The notes under the pieces are model-generated. The model was not told the DNA's origin, did no database searches, and was given only the letters and a program-made list of their open reading frames with translations. From Vibrio vulnificus CMCP6 (GTDB lineage Bacteria > Pseudomonadota > Gammaproteobacteria > Enterobacterales > Vibrionaceae), in NCBI RefSeq assembly GCF_000039765.1, contig NC_004459.3, forward strand, positions 1,290,001-1,322,000: DNA of 32,000 bases, written 5' to 3'. Made by a program: the position numbers and the translations under genes. Numbering within the stretch: the first letter of the stretch is position 1; each line of letters opens with the position of its first letter. Positions 18,284-26,668 of the stretch are shown in pieces.

Positions 18284-19261
18284 TTATCCAGAAACCGCCA
18301 TACTTTCATAGTAGGCGGGCAGCGCTTCTTCTAGCCAAAATCGCGGTTGCAGTGCGGTTCCGCTGAGAAAACCGACATGACCACCGTGATCAAACAGTCG
18401 ATAATCGATGTTGTCTGGGAGCACAAACTTAGGGATCACTGCGTCGGTCATAAAGGGATCGTCTTTCGCGTGAATGATTTGAGTCGGAATGCGAATATCA
18501 CGAAGTTTGTTGAGCCCAGAACACTGCTGATAATAATCGGCGGCATCTTGAAAGCCGTGCAGCGGGGCGGTGATCAAGTCATCAAAGTCGTACAGTCTTG
18601 TTACTCGTTTAATCGCTTGATAGGAAAGATCGAGTTCGCCAGCCAGCAAATGGTGCTTACGCAGTGCATTGCGTTTGAGCGAGGAGAGTAAGTAGCGACG
18701 ATAGACGCGCGAAAACCCTTGCTCAATACGTTGCGAACAAGCGGACAAATCCAGAGGCGCAGAGACGATGGTCGCTGCATCCAGCCGTTCGTCTCCCTGA
18801 TACTTGGCAAGGTAGTTGGCCAGCATATTGCCCCCTAAGGAGATGCCCACGGCGACTTTGACCGTGTGAGGAAACGCGTCGTGCAAATGCGTAAGAAACA
18901 GTCTTGCATCCTCAACTTCGCCGGAGTGGTACGCGCGCGCGAGGCGATTGGGCTTACCGCTGCAACCACGAAAATGCATCATCACCGCCAACCAACCAGC
19001 GTCAGCAAACGCTTTCATTAGACCATTGGCGTAAGGGCTATAGAAGCAGCCTTCAAGGCCGTGAAATAACACAAACAAGGGTTTGTTTTTGGCTTGATCA
19101 TTGTGTGGAGATTCGCTCCAAGCGAGATCCAAAAAATCACCGTCAGGCGTATCCAGCGTTTGCCATAAAGGTTCAAACAAGGCTTTTTTTCGAATTAAGC
19201 GCGGCAATAAGGTTTGTAGGTGTGGATTTTTTATCCCAGCTGCGGCGGTAAACTGAGTCAT
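18284..19261 (-). CDS. yheT: Alpha/beta-fold hydrolase, YheT type
   Basis: 325 aa, collinear with E. coli YheT (HLQTLLPRL, DGDFLDLAWSE, FHGLEG, MHFRGCSG, nucleophile elbow GISLGGN, IIHAKDDPF, HGGHVGF). Confidence 0.9.
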   Translation of the reverse strand: MTQFTAAAGIKNPHLQTLLPRLIRKKALFEPLWQTLDTPDGDFLDLAWSESPHNDQAKNKPLFVLFHGLEGCFYSPYANGLMKAFADAGWLAVMMHFRGCSGKPNRLARAYHSGEVEDARLFLTHLHDAFPHTVKVAVGISLGGNMLANYLAKYQGDERLDAATIVSAPLDLSACSQRIEQGFSRVYRRYLLSSLKRNALRKHHLLAGELDLSYQAIKRVTRLYDFDDLITAPLHGFQDAADYYQQCSGLNKLRDIRIPTQIIHAKDDPFMTDAVIPKFVLPDNIDYRLFDHGGHVGFLSGTALQPRFWLEEALPAYYESMAVSG

Positions 19262-19406
19262 GTGTGTTGCTCTTTGAGTTATTTGGATCAGCGAGGCATT
19301 TCACTGATCTTTGTATGCGTGATACGAGTTAATTTAGTCCTTCTGCTCAACTTTTCGTCAATCATTGAGGGTAATGTTCTTTGTGAGACGGGCTCAGGAT
19401 CACACT

Positions 19407-19886
19407 TCAACCGAGTTTCTGCGACGGTGAGGCAACGGCGAAGGCGTTGTAGAGATGCGCGGCACCGAGATGTTGGCAGTAGCGCTGTGTGAGCGGCTGT
19501 TGCTGGTTGGGTGACAGCGTTAGGGTGTTGATGCAATCAACGAGATCGGATTGTTGCTGCTTTTCCAATTGCAGTTCAAATTGCAGTGCTTCGCGATAGA
19601 GGGTATCCGGCAGATGCTGTTTAAACTGGCGGCGGAGATCGCGATAGGTATGCAGTAGGGTTTCAGAGCGGCCCAAGCAGGCTTGTACTTGGTGCCACTC
19701 TTGCTCTTGAAACGTCAGTTGTTGTTCATCGAGCCATTTGAACAGCAACAGTAAGTTGACGTTGCCGTTAAAGTTGTTCTGCAAAGCAAGGCACGCCTCT
19801 TTCACTTCTCGAATCGAATAATATTGTAGGCTGAATTGCCACAGCCTTTCGAGGGTAAGTGAAGGTTGGACGTGCTCTGAACTCAT
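19407..19886 (-). CDS. Small helical conserved hypothetical protein (TIGR02444-like), translationally coupled to yheS
   Basis: 159-aa ORF. Its ATG (19886-19884) overlaps the yheS TGA (19885-19883) as ATGA. The product is Q/L-rich and predicted helical, with no catalytic motif recognised. The family assignment is from memory of Vibrio and Pseudomonas annotations. Confidence 0.7.
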   Translation of the reverse strand: MSSEHVQPSLTLERLWQFSLQYYSIREVKEACLALQNNFNGNVNLLLLFKWLDEQQLTFQEQEWHQVQACLGRSETLLHTYRDLRRQFKQHLPDTLYREALQFELQLEKQQQSDLVDCINTLTLSPNQQQPLTQRYCQHLGAAHLYNAFAVASPSQKLG

Positions 19887-21805
19887 TGGCTATTGAACTC
19901 CTGTTCCATCTGTTCCAGTACTTCCTGTTCTGCCATCCACTCCATTTCAATCTCTTCGAGAGCGGATTTACTTTGTGCTTGCAGCGCCAGTACTTGAGTA
20001 AGTTTAGCTTTATTTTCGGCATCATACAGTGAGTTATCAGACAATTGCTGCTCTGCTTCTGCCAACGCTTCGCCCAACTTATCCATTTTCGCTTCTAACT
20101 GTGTCAGTTTTTTGCGAATTGGTGCGGTTAACTTACGAAAATCGGCTTCACGACGCTTTTGCTCTTTTTTCGCTGCGGCACTGTTGCTGCTGTCTTTGGC
20201 AGGCATTTCTGCGGCCGCTTCGCGACGCTCCGCTTTTTGCTGTTCAGTGAGCCATTTGTAGTAGTCATTGAGATCACCATCAAATGGAGCCACTTGGCGA
20301 TCGTGCACTAGGTAAAGATCATCGGTGGTCGCGCGGATCAAATAGCGATCGTGTGAGACGATCACCATCGCGCCTTCAAAGGTTTGCAGTGCCAGTGTCA
20401 GCGCTTGGCGCATATCTAAGTCTAGGTGGTTGGTCGGTTCGTCGAGCAGCAGTAAGTTTGGTTTTTGCCAGACGATCAACGCTAACACTAAGCGAGCTTT
20501 TTCTCCGCCTGAAAATGGCGCCACTTTCTCCAGTGCTTTGTCACCGTGAAAACCAAAACTACCCAGATAATTACGCAGTTCTTGTTCGGTTTTATCTGGC
20601 GCGATCTGCATCATGTGTTGCAGTGGCGTTTCTTCGGGATGCAAGGTTTCCAATTGGTGTTGAGCAAAGTAACCAATTTTGACGCCTTGCGAGTAAGTCA
20701 AATCGCCACCTTGGGCTTTCAACTCTCCGGAGAGGAGCTTGATCAGCGTTGATTTACCAGCGCCGTTGCGGCCGAGCAAACCAATGCGGCTGCCTGGCAC
20801 CAGATTAAGACGAATTTTATCGAGGATGAGGTTGTCACCGTAACCGGCAGAAACGTCATCCATCATCATGATCGGATTTGGCAGCGCGGCAGGTTCACGA
20901 AATTCAAAGCTAAATGGGTTATCAAACTGTGCGGGGAGCACTTTTTCTAACTTCTCCAGCGCTTTGATGCGGCTTTGCGCTTGGCGTGCTTTGGACGCCT
21001 TGTAGCGGAAACGATCGATGTAGCTTTGCATGTGCGCCATCTGCTTCTGCTGCTTCTCAAACATCGATTGTTGCAGGATCAGTTTCTGAGCGCGCTGGTT
21101 TTCAAATGATGAGTAGTTACCGGTGTACTCATTGAGTTTCTGGTTTTCAATGTGAACGATGCGGTTCACGATTGGGTCGAGAAAATCACGGTCGTGCGAG
21201 ATCAGCATCAAAGTACCTGGGTAGCTTTGTAGCCAACGTTCTAGCCACATGACAGCATCAAGGTCTAAGTGGTTGGTTGGTTCGTCAAGCAGCAACAGAT
21301 CAGAACGACACAGCAGGGCTTGAGCAAGGTTGAGACGCATGCGCCAGCCACCCGAAAACTGGGTCAGGTTCCAATGCATCTGCTCTTGGCTAAAACCTAA
21401 ACCATCCAAAAGCTCTGAAGCGCGTGCACGAATGCTGTAGCCGCCAATGGTTTCAATTTTACCGTGCAATTCAGCAATGCGAGTCCCTTGTTCTTGTGCT
21501 TCGGCTTCCGCCAACTGGCGTTCAAGCTGACGATATTCACGATCGCCATCAATCACATATTCAATGGCGCTGCGTTCTAAAGCGGGCGTTTCCTGTGCGA
21601 CCCAAGCTAACTCCCAATGTTGAGGAGAGCTAAATGAGCCCGCATCAATCGAAAGTTCGTCTTTAATTAAGGCAAACAGGGTGGATTTACCACAGCCATT
21701 TTTGCCGACAAGGCCGATTTTATCACCCGGATGAATCGTTGCGGATGCTTGGTCAAGGAGAGGAGAGCCGCCGCGCAGCAGCTGGATATCTGAAAAGGTA
21801 ATCAT
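19883..21805 (-). CDS. yheS: ABC-F family ATPase YheS (two ABC domains, coiled-coil C-terminal extension)
   Basis: 640 aa with two Walker A motifs (GLVGKNGCGKST; GLLGRNGAGKST), two signature/Walker B sets (FSGGWRMRLNLAQAL..LLLLDEPTNHLD; FSGGEKARLVLALIV..LLLLDEPTNHLD), an inter-ABC linker and no transmembrane domain. Confidence 0.93.
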   Translation of the reverse strand: MITFSDIQLLRGGSPLLDQASATIHPGDKIGLVGKNGCGKSTLFALIKDELSIDAGSFSSPQHWELAWVAQETPALERSAIEYVIDGDREYRQLERQLAEAEAQEQGTRIAELHGKIETIGGYSIRARASELLDGLGFSQEQMHWNLTQFSGGWRMRLNLAQALLCRSDLLLLDEPTNHLDLDAVMWLERWLQSYPGTLMLISHDRDFLDPIVNRIVHIENQKLNEYTGNYSSFENQRAQKLILQQSMFEKQQKQMAHMQSYIDRFRYKASKARQAQSRIKALEKLEKVLPAQFDNPFSFEFREPAALPNPIMMMDDVSAGYGDNLILDKIRLNLVPGSRIGLLGRNGAGKSTLIKLLSGELKAQGGDLTYSQGVKIGYFAQHQLETLHPEETPLQHMMQIAPDKTEQELRNYLGSFGFHGDKALEKVAPFSGGEKARLVLALIVWQKPNLLLLDEPTNHLDLDMRQALTLALQTFEGAMVIVSHDRYLIRATTDDLYLVHDRQVAPFDGDLNDYYKWLTEQQKAERREAAAEMPAKDSSNSAAAKKEQKRREADFRKLTAPIRKKLTQLEAKMDKLGEALAEAEQQLSDNSLYDAENKAKLTQVLALQAQSKSALEEIEMEWMAEQEVLEQMEQEFNSQ

Positions 21806-21910
21806 GTCGTTCTGCTTAGTTTATCAATGCTGTTTATTCGTGCACTTTCTTGCTGCGCATAGTAGGAGGAAAGAGGATAAATGTCGATCATTATGCAAAT
21901 ATGAGTATGA

Positions 21911-21930
21911 TGAGTAACAAGTGAGTAACA
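21911..21930 (+). repeat. Direct repeat TGAGTAACA x2 at 11-bp phasing (a third TGAGTA at 21902) in the yheS/kefG divergent region
   Basis: TGAGTAACA occurs at 21911-21919 and at 21922-21930. TGAGTA also occurs at 21902-21907. Confidence 0.8.
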
Positions 21931-22007
21931 CTTTGTTTTATTAGCTTCCACGCAAGTTCAAGGGGAGCCGATCACAAAGACGATAAATGGGACGAATGGA
22001 AGACGCC

Positions 22008-22586
22008 ATGATGATCAATAGCGCGATAACAAAAAAACAGCCCAAAGTTTTGGTGATTTATGCCCACCCGGAGTCACACACGTCCGTGGCCAATCAGGTC
22101 ATGATTAAGAAAATCTCCTCATTGTCGCACGTGACCATTCGTGACCTTTACGCCATCTACCCAGATTTCTTTATTGATGTGAAAGCCGAGCATAAATTGT
22201 TGCTTGAGCACGATGTTATTGTTCTGCATCACCCTATGTTTATGTATTCCTGCCCTGCGTTACTCAAAGAGTGGATTGACCGTGTGTTGGGCAAGGGCTT
22301 TGCGTTTGGGCAAGGCCAAGCGTTGGCGGGGAAGTATTGGCGCAGCGTCATCACCACCGGTGGCAAAAAAGAAGCATTTAGCGCCAAAGGCTACAATAAA
22401 TACCCACTCGAAGAGATTCTGCAGCCATTTGAATTAACCGCGGCACTGTGTCAAATGCACTGGATTGAACCCTTAGTGCTCTATTGGGCGAGAAACGTCT
22501 CTGATGTAGAACGCTATCAACACGCCGAGCAGTATCGGCAGTGGCTCAACGATCCGTTAGGAGGTTTTGATGGCTCTCACCAGTGA
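22008..22586 (+). CDS. kefG: Glutathione-regulated K+ efflux ancillary protein KefG (flavodoxin-like quinone oxidoreductase fold)
   Basis: KVLVIYAHPESHTSVANQV.., YPDFFIDV, HPMFMYSCPALLKEWIDRVL and GKYWRSVITTG are collinear with E. coli KefG. The start is ambiguous (ATG at 21987, 21996, 22008 or 22011); 22008 was chosen for the GGAAG SD 5 nt upstream and its N-terminal length. The gene overlaps kefB by 17 nt. Confidence 0.85.
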   Translation: MMINSAITKKQPKVLVIYAHPESHTSVANQVMIKKISSLSHVTIRDLYAIYPDFFIDVKAEHKLLLEHDVIVLHHPMFMYSCPALLKEWIDRVLGKGFAFGQGQALAGKYWRSVITTGGKKEAFSAKGYNKYPLEEILQPFELTAALCQMHWIEPLVLYWARNVSDVERYQHAEQYRQWLNDPLGGFDGSHQ

Positions 22587-24372
22587 TTTTTTACAAACCA
22601 GTGTGGTCTTTCTCTCTGCTGCGGTAGTCGCGGTGCCATTGGCGCAGCGCTCTGGATTGGGGTCGGTCCTGGGTTATCTGCTGGCAGGCGTGGCCATTGG
22701 CCCATGGGGATTGGGGCTCATTAGCGATGTTGACGCCATCTTACACTTTGCCGAGCTTGGCGTGGTACTGCTGCTGTTTCTGATTGGTTTGGAGTTGAAT
22801 CCGAAAAAATTATGGCAAATGCGCGGTCCTATTTTAGGCTTGGGTGGCGCTCAGGTGGTGATCACCACCTTACTGATTGCCAGCATCATCCAATGGTTTA
22901 GCGTGAGTTGGAATACTGCGCTGGTGATTGGAATGGGGCTTGCGCTCTCCTCCACCGCGATTGCGCTTAAAGTACTTGAAGAGCAAGGGCTTGCAAGAAC
23001 GGAAACGGGTCAGTCTGGCTTTGCCGTGTTGCTGTTCCAAGATATTGCCGTTATTCCTATGCTCGCGTTGTTGCCGCTCTTGGCGGGAAGCGGCATGAGT
23101 GGCGATTGGCTGAGTTCCTTACTGACCTTCTCTGCGGTGGTTGGGCTTTTGGTTGGCGGACACTTTTTATTGCGACCGCTGTTTCGCTATGTGGTGCTCA
23201 CTGGAGTCAGAGAGCTGTTTACCGTCACCGCTTTACTGGTGGTGCTTGGTATTGCGATGCTGATGCAGCAGTTGGGTTTATCGATGGCTCTTGGCACTTT
23301 CTTAGCTGGGGTATTGTTGGCGGAAAGTGAATATCGCCACGAGCTAGAGATTGCGATTGAGCCTTTTAAAGGGTTGCTACTTGGCTTGTTTTTCATTGCG
23401 GTCGGCATGGCGGTCAACTTAGGGTTACTGGTGGTCCATCCGATAGAAGTGATTTCTGCGGTGTTGGGATTGGTGGCGCTTAAAGGAGCAGTACTTTACT
23501 TGTTGGGGCGTGTGAGTCGTATGCGTGCGAAAGCGCGCAGCCGTATGGCGGCGATTCTCAGCCAAGGGGGAGAGTTTGCCTTTGTTATTTTTACTGCGGC
23601 GAGCAAAGAGGGGCTGCTCAATCCCAGTGAAGTCTCGTTCTTACTGGTGGTGGTGAGTTTGTCGATGGTCACCACCCCGCTATTGCTCAATATTCAGAAA
23701 TGGTGGTATGCCCGAACGTTAAATCAAGAGAGTGACGTGCTGGCACCGGATGTTGTGGATACGGAGCCGCGAGTGATCATTGCGGGTTTTGGCCGTTTTG
23801 GTCAGATTGTCGGCCGCTTACTGTATGCCAACAAGATCAAAGTGACGGTCTTAGAGAGCGATGCTAGCCAGATCCAACTGTTACGGAAATATGGCTACAA
23901 GGTTTTTTATGGTGATGCCACTCAGTTAGATTTGCTACGAGCGGCAGGCGCGGCCAAAGCCGAAGCGTTAGTGATTTGTACTGATTCACCGGATCAAGTG
24001 ATGAGTATTGTTGAGTTGTGTCAGCAGCATTTCCCGAATTTGAAAGTGTTGGCGCGAGCACGTAGTCGCGTAGAAGCTTATCAATTGCTCAGTCATGGTG
24101 TGAGCACTTATTCGCGTGAGACCTTTTTAGGTGCGCTTGATCTTGGGCGTCAAACCTTAGTGGAAATCGGCATGCACCCCTATCAAGCAAAGCGGGCAGA
24201 AGCGCATTTTCGCAAGCTAGATAATGCTATGCTTAAAGAGCTATTGCCGCAGCACAATCAAGATAAAAAATTGGCACAGCGTGCTAAAGAAGCGAGAAAA
24301 GAACTAGAAGAAATCTTTGCGCATGAGATGGAAAACGATCATCAGTCGCGAAATTTCTGGGATGAAAGGTAG
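22570..24372 (+). CDS. kefB: Glutathione-regulated potassium-efflux system protein KefB (CPA2 antiporter + KTN/RCK domain)
   Basis: MALTSDFLQTSVVFLSAAVVAVPLAQRSGLGSVLGYLLAGVAIGPWGLG.. is collinear with E. coli KefB. The KTN Rossmann motif IIAGFGRFGQIVGRLL is present. SD GGAGG lies 6 nt before ATG 22570. Confidence 0.95.
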   Translation: MALTSDFLQTSVVFLSAAVVAVPLAQRSGLGSVLGYLLAGVAIGPWGLGLISDVDAILHFAELGVVLLLFLIGLELNPKKLWQMRGPILGLGGAQVVITTLLIASIIQWFSVSWNTALVIGMGLALSSTAIALKVLEEQGLARTETGQSGFAVLLFQDIAVIPMLALLPLLAGSGMSGDWLSSLLTFSAVVGLLVGGHFLLRPLFRYVVLTGVRELFTVTALLVVLGIAMLMQQLGLSMALGTFLAGVLLAESEYRHELEIAIEPFKGLLLGLFFIAVGMAVNLGLLVVHPIEVISAVLGLVALKGAVLYLLGRVSRMRAKARSRMAAILSQGGEFAFVIFTAASKEGLLNPSEVSFLLVVVSLSMVTTPLLLNIQKWWYARTLNQESDVLAPDVVDTEPRVIIAGFGRFGQIVGRLLYANKIKVTVLESDASQIQLLRKYGYKVFYGDATQLDLLRAAGAAKAEALVICTDSPDQVMSIVELCQQHFPNLKVLARARSRVEAYQLLSHGVSTYSRETFLGALDLGRQTLVEIGMHPYQAKRAEAHFRKLDNAMLKELLPQHNQDKKLAQRAKEARKELEEIFAHEMENDHQSRNFWDER

Positions 24373-24374
24373 TC

Positions 24375-24581
24375 ATGTTAGTGAAAAGCAAAAAACGTTT
24401 TATTGCTGGGGCCAGCTGTCCTTCGTGTCAGCAGCAAGACACTCTATTGTGGTGGAGTGAGAACAATATCGAGCTGGTGGAATGTGTCGAGTGTGACTTC
24501 AAAGAGCAACGCAAGCCAAAGTCTGTAGATAAAAATAAACACGCGGATCAGGAAATGATCGGTATTTTTAAGCCGGAATAA
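24375..24581 (+). CDS. yheV: YheV-family putative zinc-ribbon protein
   Basis: 68 aa with two CxxC pairs (CPSC..CVEC). It starts 2 nt after the kefB stop, the same position as E. coli yheV. Confidence 0.8.
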   Translation: MLVKSKKRFIAGASCPSCQQQDTLLWWSENNIELVECVECDFKEQRKPKSVDKNKHADQEMIGIFKPE

Positions 24582-24676
24582 TTGAGTTTCTCAGATTGAT
24601 CCCCATAATATCGGCATTGATATTTGGTTCTGACTGATTGGGATTGGTCAGGCAAATTAACCTCTCTGGAGTAGTT

Positions 24677-25276
24677 ATGAAAATTGAAAAGAACGTGGTT
24701 GTTAGCCTTGCGTATCAGGTAAAACTGGAAGATGGCATTGTGGTTGACTCTTCAACAACCGATGCACCACTGGATTACTTGCACGGTCACAACAACCTAA
24801 TCACTGGCCTAGAAAACGAGCTTGAAGGCAAAGTGGCGGGTGATAAATTCACAGTGACAGTTGCTCCGGAAGATGCGTACGGCGAGCACAACGATGCGTT
24901 GGTTCAACGTGTACCAGCGGAAGTATTCCAAGGTGTTGACCAAATCGAAGTGGGCATGCGTTTCCTTGCTGACACAGACCAAGGTCCAATCCCTGTTGAA
25001 GTGACTGAAGTTGATGGTGATGAAGTGGTGGTGGATGGTAACCACATGCTAGCTGGCCAAACACTGACATTCGACGTAGAAGTGGTTGCTGTTCGTGAAG
25101 CGACAGCGGAAGAGATCGAGCACGGTCACATCCATCAAGGTGGCGGTTGCTGTGGTGGTCATGATCATGACCATGATCACGACCACGAAGGCGGCTGTTG
25201 TGGCGGCGAAGGTCACGGCCACAGCCACGGCGAAAAAGACGGTTGCTGCGGTGGCGGTAGCTGCGGTTCACACTAA
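24677..25276 (+). CDS. slyD: FKBP-type peptidyl-prolyl isomerase / metallochaperone SlyD with His/Cys/Asp-rich tail
   Basis: From ATG 24677 (SD CTGGAG) the product MKIEKNVVVSLAYQVKLEDG.. parallels E. coli SlyD. It has an FKBP plus IF-domain pattern and the tail HGHIHQGGGCCGGHDHDHDHDHEGGCCGGEGHGHSHGEKDGCCGGGSCGSH. Confidence 0.93.
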   Translation: MKIEKNVVVSLAYQVKLEDGIVVDSSTTDAPLDYLHGHNNLITGLENELEGKVAGDKFTVTVAPEDAYGEHNDALVQRVPAEVFQGVDQIEVGMRFLADTDQGPIPVEVTEVDGDEVVVDGNHMLAGQTLTFDVEVVAVREATAEEIEHGHIHQGGGCCGGHDHDHDHDHEGGCCGGEGHGHSHGEKDGCCGGGSCGSH

Positions 25277-25320
25277 TTGAACCCATCTCTCGAATAAGTC
25301 GGGAGAGTTTAGGTAAACAA

Positions 25321-25352
25321 GCGCAAGCGGAGAAATCTGCTTGCGCTTTTTT
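25321..25352 (+). terminator. Rho-independent terminator after slyD
   Basis: Stem GCGCAAGC (25321-25328) / GCTTGCGC (25339-25346), 10-nt loop, then TTTTTT. Confidence 0.8.
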
Positions 25353-25387
25353 CTATTCTACGCTCAGATATTGGCCAAGGATTCTTA

Positions 25388-26344
25388 ATGAGTAGAGCCA
25401 CGATGAACAAGCCTTTTTCCATTGCCATTCACGGTGGTGCCGGCACCATTTTACGCAGCCAGATGAGCGATGAGCTCAAAGAGGCCATTTTGTCCGATTT
25501 ACAACACGCGGTCAGAGCGGGGTATCAATTACTTGAGCAAGGAGCCGATGCATTGGATGCGGTGGTGGCTGCGGCCAAAGTGTTGGAAGACTCGCCGAAT
25601 TTCAATGCAGGAAAAGGTTCGGTGCTGACTCACAATGAAATGGTGGAGATGGATGCCTCTGTGATGCATGGACGAGAGCTCAAAGCGGGGGCCGTTGCTG
25701 GGGTTCGCCATATCAAAAACCCCATAGAGCTGGCGCGTGATGTGATGCAAAACAGTGCTCATGTCCTACTCATTGGGGAAGGGGCGGAGAAATTTGCTTT
25801 TGAGCAAGGCCAGCAGTACACCGAACAGGATTATTTCTTTACTGACCGACGCTATGAGCAACTGCTCTCGATGCGTGAAAAAGGCTTGTTTGCGTTGTCG
25901 GAAGCCAAATATCCCGATGATAAAAAACATGGCACGGTGGGTGCGGTGGCGCTGGATCAGCAAGGCAATCTTGCGGCCGCTACCAGTACGGGCGGTGTCA
26001 CCAATAAAAAATATGGCCGCGTTGGCGATTCTGCGCTGATTGGCTGTGGCACCGTGGCAAAAAATGGCGTGGTGGCGGTGTCGACGACTGGCGTGGGCGA
26101 GTTCTTTATTCGTAAGCGTGTGGCCGAAGATGTTGCGGCGCGGATGCGCTATCTCAACGAAGATGTGCATACGGCGTGTGAGCAGATTATTCACGGAGAG
26201 CTGAAGAGCATGGGTGGCGAAGGCGGTTTAATTGCGGTTGATGCGCAGGGGGACATTCACTTTGCCATGAACAGTTCCGGTATGTATCGAGCGGCCATCA
26301 ATACCCAAGGCGAGCTTTGCGTGAAAATCTACGCTGACGAATAA
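25388..26344 (+). CDS. iaaA: Isoaspartyl peptidase / L-asparaginase (Ntn-hydrolase, IaaA type)
   Basis: IAIHGGAGTI, NAGKGSVLT and the autoprocessing site HG/TVGAVALD, plus TSTGG..GRVGDS, are collinear with E. coli IaaA. SD AAGGA lies 6 nt before ATG 25388. Confidence 0.9.
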   Translation: MSRATMNKPFSIAIHGGAGTILRSQMSDELKEAILSDLQHAVRAGYQLLEQGADALDAVVAAAKVLEDSPNFNAGKGSVLTHNEMVEMDASVMHGRELKAGAVAGVRHIKNPIELARDVMQNSAHVLLIGEGAEKFAFEQGQQYTEQDYFFTDRRYEQLLSMREKGLFALSEAKYPDDKKHGTVGAVALDQQGNLAAATSTGGVTNKKYGRVGDSALIGCGTVAKNGVVAVSTTGVGEFFIRKRVAEDVAARMRYLNEDVHTACEQIIHGELKSMGGEGGLIAVDAQGDIHFAMNSSGMYRAAINTQGELCVKIYADE

Positions 26345-26387
26345 ACAACGCAACAAGCCGCCATCCTACTATCCGTAACAAAACACT

Positions 26388-26411
26388 AAGCCCAGCAGAT
26401 TTGCTGGGCTT
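26388..26411. terminator. Hairpin between convergent iaaA and slyX (better U-tract on the minus strand)
   Basis: Stem AAGCCCAGCA (26388-26397) / TGCTGGGCTT (26402-26411), loop GATT. The minus-strand downstream sequence is AGTGTTTTGTT; the plus-strand downstream sequence is GGTTGAGTTT. Confidence 0.55.
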
Positions 26412-26438
26412 GGTTGAGTTTGAACTTAACTTTTGAGT

Positions 26439-26666
26439 TTAGTAGTGCGGTGGTGGTGGCTCTTTTGCTGGGTCTACCATGTTTGAGCTGTCCATATTCT
26501 TCATTTTGCCGACCACATACTTCATCTGATCTTGCATCTTGGCAATCAGCAGTTGCTGCTGCGTCAGAGCGTCGTTCAGTTCTTCAATCGTCTGTTCTTG
26601 AAACGCCACCTGACACTCCAAGTCATTGATGCGGTTTTCAAGCAATGCGATGGTTTTTTCTGTCAT
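26439..26666 (-). CDS. slyX: SlyX family coiled-coil protein
   Basis: From the ATG at 26666 the product MTEKTIALLENRINDLECQVAFQEQTIEELN...PPPPHY parallels E. coli SlyX (..[20 protein letters not shown]...TPPPHY). The start lies 2 nt after the stop of the upstream WD40 gene (TAAGCATG). Confidence 0.88.
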   Translation of the reverse strand: MTEKTIALLENRINDLECQVAFQEQTIEELNDALTQQQLLIAKMQDQMKYVVGKMKNMDSSNMVDPAKEPPPPHY

Positions 26667-26668
26667 GC

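Noticed and set aside
25160-25186. Short tandem repeat CATGAY x4, considered as a possible CRISPR, VNTR or non-coding repeat.
   Set aside because: It is in frame and encodes the (HD)n part of the SlyD metal-binding tail. No spacer/repeat architecture is present.
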